This document shows positions 18,206-27,483 of a stretch of DNA of 64,000 nucleotides, in pieces (within the stretch, counting starts at the first letter, position 1; each line of letters opens with the position of its first letter). The notes under the pieces were generated by a model that saw only the letters and a program-made list of their open reading frames with translations, had not been told where the DNA came from and made no database searches. The stretch is from an uncultured Ruficoccus sp. (GTDB taxonomy: Bacteria > Verrucomicrobiota > Verrucomicrobiia > Opitutales > Cerasicoccaceae): NCBI GenBank assembly GCA_965140785.1, contig OZ223505.1, positions 121,018-185,017 of the forward strand, in the 5' to 3' direction. Both the position numbers and the translations under genes were made by a program.

Positions 18206-19327
18206 ATGTCTTGGGAGTCTATCTTAATGGTGATCGGCTTTTCGCTCGCCTCCTATTCCATCGTCGCCAACGACGCGATCCAGACGCTGGGGACCTTTCT
18301 GGCCTCCAACCACAAGCGCCCCTGGTGGGTGCTGTGGATCTTCGCCGCCAGCATCCTGTGCACGGTGCTGCTGATCGGCTGGTACGCTAACGGCGGCGAC
18401 CCCAGCTACGGGCGCCTGGAACGCATCCCGCTGCCCCCCCACGGCATCCAGTGGTACTACATCGCCCCGCCGATCATCATCCTCATCCTCACCCGTTTCG
18501 GGGTGCCGGTCAGCACGACCTTTATCGTGCTCTCGGTCTTCGTCGTCTCGAACAACCCCGACATCATCGAGAAAATGGTGCTCAAGTCGGTCCTGGGCTA
18601 CGGGGTCGCCTTCGTCTGCGCCTTCCTGCTGGCACGCTTCGTCCTGCTGGTGGTTGAGCGCTACTTCCTGCGAACCCACACCGATGACGAGGACAAGCAC
18701 CCCATCTGGGTCGTGCTCCAGTGGCTCTCGACGGGCTTTCTCTGGTCGCAGTGGCTGATGCAGGACCTGGCCAACATCTTCGTTTACGCTCCGCGCGACC
18801 TGGACCTGAGGCTGATGCTCGCGGCCATGGCGTGGATGTGCCTGCTGCTGGGCCTGATCTTCTACTTCAAGGGGGGCCGCATCCAGCGCATCGTCACCTC
18901 CAAGCTCAACAGCGGCGACATCCGCTCGGCCACCATTATCGACTTCCAGTACGCCGTCATCCTGTACGTCTTCAAGAACCTGAACAACATCCCCATGAGC
19001 ACGACCTGGGTCTTCCTCGGGCTGTTGGCCGGGCGCGAACTGGCGCTCTCGCTGGGCTTTTACAGCAAGATCAAGAAGAAGACCTACGCCAACGTCGGCC
19101 GGGACGCCGTCAAGCTCCTGCTGGGCCTGGCCATCAGTATCGCCGTGGCCTTCGGCCTGCCCGCCGTGCAGCGGCTCATCGAGGGCAAGCCGGTAGCCCC
19201 CGCCACCGAGGAGCTCTTCGGGAGCAGGCAGGCGGTCGAAGCCGATCAGGGCTTCGAAACCGGCCAAATCACCGGCGCCAATCCGACGTCCGACACAGGC
19301 ACCGTACCGGTGCCCTCGGGCAATTAG
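18206..19327 (+). CDS. Multi-pass membrane protein, putative PiT-related phosphate transporter
   Basis: ANDAIQTLGT / QDLANI and GVPVSTT / IPMSTT duplicated motifs resemble PiT signatures; upstream Pho-box-like site. Confidence 0.65.
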   Translation: MSWESILMVIGFSLASYSIVANDAIQTLGTFLASNHKRPWWVLWIFAASILCTVLLIGWYANGGDPSYGRLERIPLPPHGIQWYYIAPPIIILILTRFGVPVSTTFIVLSVFVVSNNPDIIEKMVLKSVLGYGVAFVCAFLLARFVLLVVERYFLRTHTDDEDKHPIWVVLQWLSTGFLWSQWLMQDLANIFVYAPRDLDLRLMLAAMAWMCLLLGLIFYFKGGRIQRIVTSKLNSGDIRSATIIDFQYAVILYVFKNLNNIPMSTTWVFLGLLAGRELALSLGFYSKIKKKTYANVGRDAVKLLLGLAISIAVAFGLPAVQRLIEGKPVAPATEELFGSRQAVEADQGFETGQITGANPTSDTGTVPVPSGN

Positions 19328-19339
19328 AGCGCAAGGGCT

Positions 19340-19507
19340 CTAGGCAGTGTCTTCAAACCTCCGAAAACTTCGTATTCTAATGCCTTTTTCGCCCAAAACA
19401 CGTTTCCTCAGCTCGACAAATCTTGATTTGCCTCGCCTCGAAAGCCGTATTTTTGGCTGAAAAATTCAAGGCGACTCCTCGTTTCGAGGTTTGAAGACAC
19501 TGCCTAG
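19340..19507. mobile_element. 168-bp MITE-like palindromic element
   Basis: Perfect 22-bp terminal inverted repeat CTAGGCAGTGTCTTCAAACCTC (19340-19361 / 19486-19507); interior also largely self-complementary. Confidence 0.75.
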
Positions 19508-20135
19508 GGCGAATCGACATTCATGACAACCAAAAGAGGGCGGCGTCCAGGCACATGAAGGCTCGGAGGTGTGAGTCGTTTCGGTCGTAGCGGGTAGCAA
19601 GTCTGCGGTGGACTTTGAGTTTTCCGAAGCATCGCTCGATGAGGTTGAGCTGCTTGTAAAGTTCCTTGTCGTAAGCGGGTTGGTATCTTCGGTTTCTTCT
19701 GGGAGGGATGACGACTTTGACCTACGCCTGGCAGAGAGCTTCGCGTATGGCATTGGAGTCGTAGCCTTTGTCGGCAATGAGCGCCTCGGGCTGGCAGTTG
19801 GCCTGTTCGAGCAGCGGCAACGCGCTCTGCCCAAGGCATCGCACAGCAAATAAATTTTGGTCGTCAGTCCTCCTCGGGATCGCCCCAAAGCCTGTGGGGC
19901 CGCCCCCTTTTTCCCGTGGCAGCCTGTTGGTGGGCTTTGACCAGGGTCGAGTCTATCATCACGTACTGGTTTTGAGGATCTTTCAATCATCGCTCGAAAA
20001 GCTGCTCCCAGATTCCCTTTTTCGCCCAGCGGCTGAAACGCTTGTGCACGCTCTTCCAGTTGCCGTAACGCTCAGGAAGATGCTGCCAGAGGGATCCGCT
20101 GCGCAATACCCACAGCACCGTTCAATCGAAACCAT
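19505..20135 (-). pseudogene. Degraded IS5-family transposase
   Basis: Fragments [81 protein letters not shown]; in-frame stops, an internal deletion, and an AAAAAGGGGG slip site near 19905. Confidence 0.9.
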
Positions 20136-20155
20136 TCACCCTGAACGCCCGTTCG

Positions 20156-23125
20156 CTAGGAGGCCAGCGCCGCTCCCTGCTCGCGCAGGCGCTCGGCCAG
20201 CTCGGCGATGGGGGTGGCGGTGATCTCGTCCAGCGGCACGCGGTCGGCGGGCAGCGGCGGCAGCTCGGTCAGCGGCTCGCTCACGCACAGGTCACGGTTG
20301 GCGGCGACTTCGTCGATACGGGAGGTCGGCGTGGTCAGCGGGGCGCGCTTGAGCAGCTCGGGCTGTTCGCGGATCAGTTCGAGGATGGCCAGGGTGGCGT
20401 CGGCCAGGCGGTCGAGCTCGGCCTTGGTGTAGCTCTCGGTGGGCTCGAACATGATGCCGAGCATTTCCGGCCAGGCCACGGTGGGCGCGTGGAAGCCGAA
20501 GTCGAGGAAGAGTTTGCCCAAGCTGGGCATGATCGCGGTCTTGCCGTTGCCGGCGGCCTCGATTTGAGCGAAGTCCTCCGGGCTCAGGGTGAGGATAAAC
20601 TCGTGCATGCGCGGGAGATCTCCGGTTCCGGCGGGCAGGGTGGCGTACTGGCCGCGGGTCCGCTCAAAGAGGTAGCGGGCCGCCAGCACGGCGGTGGCCG
20701 ACATGCGGCGGATGCCTTCGCCCCCGAGGCGCAGCAGGTAGGTGTAGCAGCGGATCTTGTGGCCGAAGTTACCCCAGTGCCGGTGGAAGGAGCCGATCGA
20801 GCGCGGGGCCTGAACCGGGACGTAGGAGCCGTCCCCGTCCTGCTCGATCTGGTGGCCGGGCAGGTAGGGCAGGAGGCGTTCGCTGACGGCGACGATGGCG
20901 TCGCCGGGACCGCCGCCGCCGTGGGGGATGGTCCAGGTCTTGTGCAGGTTGTTGTGAACGGCGTCCACGCCCATGGCGCCGAGGTTTACCCAACCGGCGA
21001 TGGCGTTCATGTTGGCCCCGTCCATATAGACCAGTCCGCCGATGGCGTGAATCTTGTCCGCGATCTGCTTAAAGTGGGTCTCGAAGATGCCGCTTGTGTT
21101 CGGGTTGGTGATCATGACCCCGGCGATGCGCTCACCGTAGGCGGCGATGACCTCGTCGAGCTGGGCGAGGTGAATCTGGCCGTCGTCCCCGGCCTCCAGA
21201 TAAACGATCCCGCCCTTGGGGGTGACGCCGGGGCGCGGCGTGTAGCCGGCCATGGTCGCGGTGGCGAAGTTCGTCCCGTGCGCCGAGCGGGGGATGAGGA
21301 TGACGTCGCGGCGGTGCCCGGAGTGGTCGCGGTGGTAGGCCTGGAACATTTTCAGGCCTACCAGTTCGCCCTGAGCGCCGGCCACCGGCTGGGTGGTGAG
21401 ACCGGCCAGTCCGGTGATGCCCTTGAACCACTCCTGGATTTCAAACAAAAGCTTCAGGCAGCCCTGCACGTCCTCGACCGGGGCCTGCGGGTGCGCCTGG
21501 GTGAAGCCCGGCAGCGCGGCGGCCTCGTCGTTGACGAGCGGGTTGTACTTCATCGTGCACGAGCCGAGCGGGTAGGGGCTGTCGTCGGGGCTGACGTTGA
21601 GCGCGCCCAGGCGGCGGTAATAGTTCAATACCTCCTCGTGCCCGAAGCTGGGCAGGCCGACGCTGCCTTCGCGCCGGGCGGCGGCGGGTACCTCGGGCAG
21701 CTCGACGGACTTTTTCGCCGGGCCAAAGGCGCACTCAAAGCACGCGATCAGGTTCGTGATCTCGGCGTGCAGGTCGGAGAAGGAAAGTTTGAGGAGATTC
21801 TCCCCGCCCTCGACGCGGGCGCTGACATCGACCCCGAGGTGCAGCCCGGCGTCGCGCCCGGCCTTGAGCACATCCGCCACGGGGCGGCTGAGTTTGAGCG
21901 TGAACTCATTAAAGAACGGGCTGTCCGGGTAGAGCAGTTCCACGCCCTCCAGGGCACAGAGCGCGGCGGCGGCCTCGCGGGCATGGTCGCGGGCGGAAGT
22001 CACGGCGATGGCCATGCCCTCCTCGCCGCGTTCGAGGATGGCGGCTCCGGCCACGGTGGCGATAAAGGCCTGGTTCGAGCAAATATTCGAGGTGGCCTTG
22101 TCCTTGCGGATGTGCTGCTCGCGGGTGGACATAACGGCCACGCGGCAGTCGCGCCCTTCGCCGTCCTTGGCCTTGCCGACGTAGCGGCCGGGGGTGGCGC
22201 GCACGTGGTTGGAAATCTCGCTGTTGTGGCGCACGGCGAACAGCCCCAGGCCCGGTCCGCCGAAGTTCGGCGAAAGCGCCAGGTGCTGGGCTTCGCCGAC
22301 CACGATATCCGCCCCGGTCTCGCCGTAGGCGGTGGGGGGCTTGAGTCCGCCGGTGCCCAGCAGCATCGGGTCGATCAGGGCGATGGCGAGCACGCCGGAG
22401 GCGTGGGCGAGGTCGGTCAACGCATCCACGTCCTCGATCAGGCCGAGGTCGTTGATCTGCGGAAAGGCGATCCCCGCGAGCGCTTCGCCGGTGTCGGCGA
22501 CGAGTTTTTTCAAGGCGTCCAGGTCGAGCGTGCCGGTGGCCGGGTCGCGCGGAGCCCAGCGGATTTCTACCTCGGTATCGGCGGCGAGGGTTTCGAGCAC
22601 CTTGCGGTCACCGGGGTAAATGGCCTCCGAGACGATGACGGTGCTGCTCTTGCGCTTGAGGCGGACGGCGGCGCAGGCGGCTTCGAAGAGGGCGGTCGAG
22701 CGGTCGTAGAGGGAGGCGTTGACGGCTTCGAATCCGGTCAACATGCGCATCAGGCACTGGTAGATCCAGTGGCACAGCAGGGTGCCCTGGCTGCGCTCGG
22801 GCTGGTAGGGGGTGTAGGCGGTGGTCAGGTTGCGGATGGCGCAGACCTCGTCCACGATGGGGACCTGGCGGAAGTGCGGCAGCCCGTCGCCGATGTAGGA
22901 CTCGCGCACGAAATTCAGCTCGGCCAACTCGGCCACGCGGTCGAGCAACTGCTCATGGGCCACCGCGTCCGGCAGCGGCAGAGCGCGGTCAAACTTAACC
23001 TCGGGGGAAATGTGGCGGTAAAGGTCGGCAAGGTCCTTGGCACCAACGGCTTCCAGCATGAATTGGAAGTCCGCTTCGGTGGCGGGAATGTAGTCGCGGG
23101 CGTGTTCGCGGTCGGTTTTGGACAT
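20156..23125 (-). CDS. gcvP: Glycine dehydrogenase (decarboxylating), P protein
   Basis: YTPYQPERSQG, TREQHIRKDKATSNICSNQ, PLGSCTMKYN, SAHGTN, NLHKTW.IPHGGGGPG. Start could be the TTG at 23164. Confidence 0.95.
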   Translation of the reverse strand: MSKTDREHARDYIPATEADFQFMLEAVGAKDLADLYRHISPEVKFDRALPLPDAVAHEQLLDRVAELAELNFVRESYIGDGLPHFRQVPIVDEVCAIRNLTTAYTPYQPERSQGTLLCHWIYQCLMRMLTGFEAVNASLYDRSTALFEAACAAVRLKRKSSTVIVSEAIYPGDRKVLETLAADTEVEIRWAPRDPATGTLDLDALKKLVADTGEALAGIAFPQINDLGLIEDVDALTDLAHASGVLAIALIDPMLLGTGGLKPPTAYGETGADIVVGEAQHLALSPNFGGPGLGLFAVRHNSEISNHVRATPGRYVGKAKDGEGRDCRVAVMSTREQHIRKDKATSNICSNQAFIATVAGAAILERGEEGMAIAVTSARDHAREAAAALCALEGVELLYPDSPFFNEFTLKLSRPVADVLKAGRDAGLHLGVDVSARVEGGENLLKLSFSDLHAEITNLIACFECAFGPAKKSVELPEVPAAARREGSVGLPSFGHEEVLNYYRRLGALNVSPDDSPYPLGSCTMKYNPLVNDEAAALPGFTQAHPQAPVEDVQGCLKLLFEIQEWFKGITGLAGLTTQPVAGAQGELVGLKMFQAYHRDHSGHRRDVILIPRSAHGTNFATATMAGYTPRPGVTPKGGIVYLEAGDDGQIHLAQLDEVIAAYGERIAGVMITNPNTSGIFETHFKQIADKIHAIGGLVYMDGANMNAIAGWVNLGAMGVDAVHNNLHKTWTIPHGGGGPGDAIVAVSERLLPYLPGHQIEQDGDGSYVPVQAPRSIGSFHRHWGNFGHKIRCYTYLLRLGGEGIRRMSATAVLAARYLFERTRGQYATLPAGTGDLPRMHEFILTLSPEDFAQIEAAGNGKTAIMPSLGKLFLDFGFHAPTVAWPEMLGIMFEPTESYTKAELDRLADATLAILELIREQPELLKRAPLTTPTSRIDEVAANRDLCVSEPLTELPPLPADRVPLDEITATPIAELAERLREQGAALAS

Positions 23126-23390
23126 GAAGAAAAAGGAGGAAGCGGTTTTAAGATTGTCTGACAATCAGACAATCTTCAGTGTACGTTAAATCAACCCTAT
23201 TCTGCGCGTTTACCCCGGCGGTTCCATAAGCCGGGAAGCGGCAACGATTTATTTTTTGGGCCGGGCTGGTGTTCGCCGGGCTCGTGAGCGTTACGTTTCG
23301 GCAACGTCGGCGCTCGCGGGGCCGAAAACGTAAATCCGCCTTTGCCATTCGCCGCCCACTGCGCCAAAAATCTCTCAAAACCATCCCAAC

Positions 23391-24470
23391 ATGTCCGACC
23401 TGAAACAAACTCCGCTCATCGACTTCCATAAGCAACTCGGAGCACGCTGCGTGCCTTTTGCCGGCTGGGAAATGCCTGTCAGCTACGCCGGGATCATTGA
23501 GGAGCACAGGGCCGTGCGCGAGCGCTGCGGCTTTTTCGACGTGTGCCACATGGGCGAGTTCGTCGTGACCGGCCCGCAGGCCGAAGCATTCCTCGACCAG
23601 GCCGTGACCAACCGCATCGCGGGCATCCCCGACGGCAAGGCCGTGTACTCGCCCCTGTGCAACGAGGACGGCGGCACGATCGACGACCTCATCGTGTACC
23701 GGCGCGGGCCGGAGGACTTCCTCGTGGTCGTCAACGCCTCCAACATCGAGAAGGACTTCACCCACCTGGAAAACCTGGCTACGGGTTTCGAGGTCGAGCT
23801 GACGGACATTTCCGACGACACCGGGCTCATCGCGGTGCAGGGGCCCAAGGCCGTCGAACTGGTCCAGTCGCTCGCGCCCGCGGTCAAGCTGCCGGGCCGT
23901 TTCCGCCACACCGGGATCGAGCTGGGCGGCAAGCCCTGCCGCATCTGCCGCACTGGCTACACCGGCGAGGACGGCTTTGAGATCATGTGCGCGGCCAAAG
24001 ACGCCGTCGCGCTGGCCGAGCTGTTGACCACCGCCGGGGAGAAATTCGGGGCGCAGTGGTGCGGGCTGGGCGCCCGTGACAGCCTGCGTCTGGAGGCCGG
24101 CCTGCCGCTCTACGGGCACGAGCTGAGCGAGCATATTTCGCCCGTCATGGCCGGGTTCGGCTGGACGGTCAAGCTGGACAAGCACCACTTCGTCGGGCGT
24201 GAGGCGCTCGGCGAGCAGGCCATGAACGCCGAGTTACCGCGCGTGCGCTTCTTCACTCTGGAGGGCCGCCGCATCGCCCGCGAGGGCACGGAGGTGATCG
24301 ACGCCGAGGACAAGGTCGTGGGCAAGGTCCTCTCCGGCACGATGTCTCCGGTCCTGGGCCAGCCCATCGGCTCCGCTCTCCTCAGCGACGAGGCCGAGAC
24401 CCCGCTACGGGTCGAACTGCGCGGCCACGCCGCCGAACTCACCCTCGTCGAGCCACCGCTGTATAAGTAA
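23391..24470 (+). CDS. gcvT: Glycine cleavage system aminomethyltransferase T
   Basis: FAGWEMP, FDVCHMG, RTGYTGEDGFE, GLGARDSLRLEAG. Confidence 0.96.
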   Translation: MSDLKQTPLIDFHKQLGARCVPFAGWEMPVSYAGIIEEHRAVRERCGFFDVCHMGEFVVTGPQAEAFLDQAVTNRIAGIPDGKAVYSPLCNEDGGTIDDLIVYRRGPEDFLVVVNASNIEKDFTHLENLATGFEVELTDISDDTGLIAVQGPKAVELVQSLAPAVKLPGRFRHTGIELGGKPCRICRTGYTGEDGFEIMCAAKDAVALAELLTTAGEKFGAQWCGLGARDSLRLEAGLPLYGHELSEHISPVMAGFGWTVKLDKHHFVGREALGEQAMNAELPRVRFFTLEGRRIAREGTEVIDAEDKVVGKVLSGTMSPVLGQPIGSALLSDEAETPLRVELRGHAAELTLVEPPLYK

Positions 24471-24525
24471 AGGGCTTTCCGGTCGAGATTCCGGGGTCAC
24501 GATGGGTAATCAAAACGTCTGGCGC

Positions 24526-25977
24526 TTAGAGCGTCCGCGTGATCATTCGGTATAAGGTACTGTCGATCAGTTCCAACTCACCGGGGTTGATCAGGACAAT
24601 ATCCCCTCCCGGGAGAGGATAGTTCTCGAGTCCGCTACGCTGGGCGATTTGGAGTGCCACCTCGGCCAACTCACTGATATAGATCACCGCGTAACCGCTT
24701 TCTATTGCAAGGGTCGCCTCGGTGTCGTCGATTCGGTATACGTAGTTGGCATTGCTGATAAATTCCAACACAGTGCTTGCTGTGTTGCTTATCAGGATCG
24801 GGTTCCGAAAGTGACCGGGGTCGATGGGGTCTCCTATGTCGATGACAAGGTTTCCGAAAGAATAATCAACAGTGATCGTCTGCCGCGCAAGATCCGCGGC
24901 ACCGGTGGTGTTTTCCTCGATCCACACCCGGTAGGACTCAGGCTGACCGTTATCCAAACAGGGGAAAGTGGTCTCGAAGGTCAGGTCCCGTCCCTTCTGT
25001 TTCACGAGTGTCCACTCGACGGGGAGTGGTTCCCAGGTAGTGAAGTCACTGGTGCGCTGGATCGTGAAACCCATCTCGGGGTAAATCACGTCGCGTACGA
25101 GTGTGCAGCGCATGCACGATCGGCCTTCATCATCAATGAAACGCTCAAACTCGGGAGCGAACTTTTCTTTCGGGCGATTGGCCCGACCGGCCAGGGCGCG
25201 TTCCAGCAGAGGACCGTCGAGTTGCAGGCCGGGGTCGAGTGCCTCCAGGTCCCAGCCGAAGACGATGTTAAGCTGCGGCTCCGTGGTTTGAAAGTCGCTT
25301 ACAGTTCCGCTGACCCCGTCATAGGAGACGCTTGCGGTCAGCTCGGCGGTGTCGGGTACGATCGCACCATCCATGGCGATGAGGCCAAAGCCGAGGACCG
25401 GGGGAATTTCGCTGGTTTTATACGGGCCCCAGCGCACGGTCCGCTTTCCGGCATCGGTGGTGCCGGTTGGCATGGTGTCGAGATCGGTTTCGTCGGTGCT
25501 TCGAACCTGTTCGTCGTCGGGGAGGCGGTACCAGCCAGCGGAGACGGGCATCTCTACCGCGCAGGCGTAGGTGCCCTCCGGCGGCGTGAGGGAAAAAAAT
25601 ACCCGCGCCGCACGCCAGTAAACCACGGTGTGGGGAAGTTCCAAGCCGCCGATGCTGATGACAGTGACAGAGCCGTACGAGGTATCGCTGCTTCCGTTAT
25701 ACGAGCCCGCCTCATCCGGATCGCCCTCGGGATCGGTGTCGTAGTAACCGTCGAACTCCCAGACGATGTACGCGGTCCGTGTGACAAAGTCGATCGGGAT
25801 GGGGCCGAAATGCTCGGCCCAGTCCTCGCCGTGGCGCCAGGCTTCGCAATAGGCGTCGAACTCCTCCGTGCTGACGCGACCGTCGGCGGGGTTGTTGTCA
25901 GCGGGCAGGTAAACGTCGGCCCAGGTACTCAGGGCGAACAGACACACGGAGAAAATGATGAAGAGCTGGCGGCACAT
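24526..25977 (-). CDS. Secreted hypothetical protein with an EF-hand/dockerin-like N-terminal motif
   Basis: N-terminal signal peptide; PADNNPADGRVSTEEFDAY loop; acidic, strand-rich remainder. Confidence 0.6.
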   Translation of the reverse strand: MCRQLFIIFSVCLFALSTWADVYLPADNNPADGRVSTEEFDAYCEAWRHGEDWAEHFGPIPIDFVTRTAYIVWEFDGYYDTDPEGDPDEAGSYNGSSDTSYGSVTVISIGGLELPHTVVYWRAARVFFSLTPPEGTYACAVEMPVSAGWYRLPDDEQVRSTDETDLDTMPTGTTDAGKRTVRWGPYKTSEIPPVLGFGLIAMDGAIVPDTAELTASVSYDGVSGTVSDFQTTEPQLNIVFGWDLEALDPGLQLDGPLLERALAGRANRPKEKFAPEFERFIDDEGRSCMRCTLVRDVIYPEMGFTIQRTSDFTTWEPLPVEWTLVKQKGRDLTFETTFPCLDNGQPESYRVWIEENTTGAADLARQTITVDYSFGNLVIDIGDPIDPGHFRNPILISNTASTVLEFISNANYVYRIDDTEATLAIESGYAVIYISELAEVALQIAQRSGLENYPLPGGDIVLINPGELELIDSTLYRMITRTL

Positions 25978-26156
25978 CGCCCGAGAGTATCGGGACTAAC
26001 GGTACCAAAATAAAGCCCAAACTGTGTGACAATTCTATGTGCCGTAATTTGAAGAGGCTACCTGAGTCTCGGAGCAGGCTCTTCACCCACGGCTTAATTT
26101 ACCCAGCCATCCCGGTGCGGAGCACCGAAGGTCCGGGGCATGTCCGGGGGGCCAAA

Positions 26157-27335
26157 TTAAAAGGCTTCGATGATCTTTTTCATGTCCACGTTTTCGATCA
26201 CCAGGTTGTTGATGATGGGGATCTTGTCGTGGTCCTGGGGCTGGGTCTTGACCGTCATGGAATTGATGCGCGAGGCGACCGCGTAGCTTTCCTCGCTGCA
26301 GATGACAGTGGGGATGTTGGTGCGGGCGAGCATCTCCATCAGCTTGGGGTGGGGGAGGATGTTGCGCGTCAGGATGATACCGGAGACGACCTTCTTGCCG
26401 GAGAGGCCGGCGCTGGCGATGGCGGAGAAAATGATGTCGTCGCGGTCGCCGGGGGTGATGATGAGCACACCGGGCTGGAGGTAGTCGATGATGCCCTTGG
26501 CGGTCATGGCTCCGATGACGACGCGCAGGATGCGCTCGTTGGCGGCCTGCTCGCGGCCGTTGAGCCAGCGGCCCCCGATCTCATCCACGATCTGGGAAAG
26601 GTTGGGGGCGGCGAGCTGCTTTTGCAGCGGTAGCACGCCCAGCAGAGGCACGCCGAGACGCTTGAGGCCGGCTCCGGCGTACTCGCGGATGAGCTCGATC
26701 TTGTCCGGCATGACCTTGTTCAGGATGGCGCCGATGACCTCGACGCCGTACTTGTCGAAAAGCGCCTTGTTGATGGCGACCTCGTCCACGGGGCGACCGA
26801 TCCCGCCCTGGGCCACGATGATGGCCTTGGCCCCCATGAGCTTGGCCACCTGAGCATTGGACATGTCAAAGACCGCGCCGACCCCGGCGTGGCCGCTGCC
26901 CTCGATGATGACGAAGTCCTTCTCGTAGGCGGTGCGGTCGAAGGCGCGGCTCATCTTGTCCACGATGACCTTGAGGCTGTCGTCGGGGTCCTTGAGGTAG
27001 CGACGGGTGAAGGTGCCATCAATCGCCACCGGGCTCATGGCCATGAGCGGCAGGCCGACATGGAAAATACTCTCCAGCAGCACGGAGTCCTCGTCCACCT
27101 TCTGCCCCTCGACCTCGATGAAGCGCTGGCCCACCGGCTTGATGAAACCCACCCGGTCGGAAAACTGCCGCAAGGCGGCGAAGAGGCCCAGGCAGGTGGT
27201 GGTCTTACCGTCGTTCTGGCGGGTGGCCGCGACAAAGATGCGCTTCGTCGTCGTGTTGCGCGGACGCTGCAGCAGCTCGATCTCGTCCGGCTCAACAAAG
27301 GGTGAGTGGGTCATTTTCTTTTTCGCTTTGGCCAT
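26157..27335 (-). CDS. BioD-like P-loop / DRTGG domain protein (standalone Pta N-terminal region)
   Basis: QNDGKTT, FIKPVGQ, IIEGSGH, ITPGDRDD. Confidence 0.85.
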   Translation of the reverse strand: MAKAKKKMTHSPFVEPDEIELLQRPRNTTTKRIFVAATRQNDGKTTTCLGLFAALRQFSDRVGFIKPVGQRFIEVEGQKVDEDSVLLESIFHVGLPLMAMSPVAIDGTFTRRYLKDPDDSLKVIVDKMSRAFDRTAYEKDFVIIEGSGHAGVGAVFDMSNAQVAKLMGAKAIIVAQGGIGRPVDEVAINKALFDKYGVEVIGAILNKVMPDKIELIREYAGAGLKRLGVPLLGVLPLQKQLAAPNLSQIVDEIGGRWLNGREQAANERILRVVIGAMTAKGIIDYLQPGVLIITPGDRDDIIFSAIASAGLSGKKVVSGIILTRNILPHPKLMEMLARTNIPTVICSEESYAVASRINSMTVKTQPQDHDKIPIINNLVIENVDMKKIIEAF

Positions 27336-27343
27336 GGGGAAAG

Positions 27344-27477
27344 GTCAGTAGTCATTGGTCATTGGTTATTAGTCATTGGTCATTTCCCGGGCGTCAAATT
27401 GGAAGGTCTGCGCAGTGACGAGCTGATCCTGCCCGTGCTTGCTGACTTCGTTTTTCCAATAACCAATAACTAATGAC
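27344..27477. repeat. Inverted heptamer tandem arrays
   Basis: Six GTCATTG-type units at 27344-27385 and three complementary CAATAAC/TAATGAC units at 27457-27477. Confidence 0.85.
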
Positions 27478-27483
27478 AAAAAA

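Noticed and set aside
23165..23390. Glycine riboswitch between gcvP and gcvT
   Set aside because: A hairpin exists (ttacgtttcggc / gccgaaaacgtaa), but I could not find the conserved GGAGA / CCGAAG / CTCAGG aptamer elements on either strand.
25988..26014. Third sigma28-like promoter upstream of the secreted protein
   Set aside because: CCCGATAC is present, but the -35 match is weaker and the site is only ~10 nt from the start codon.
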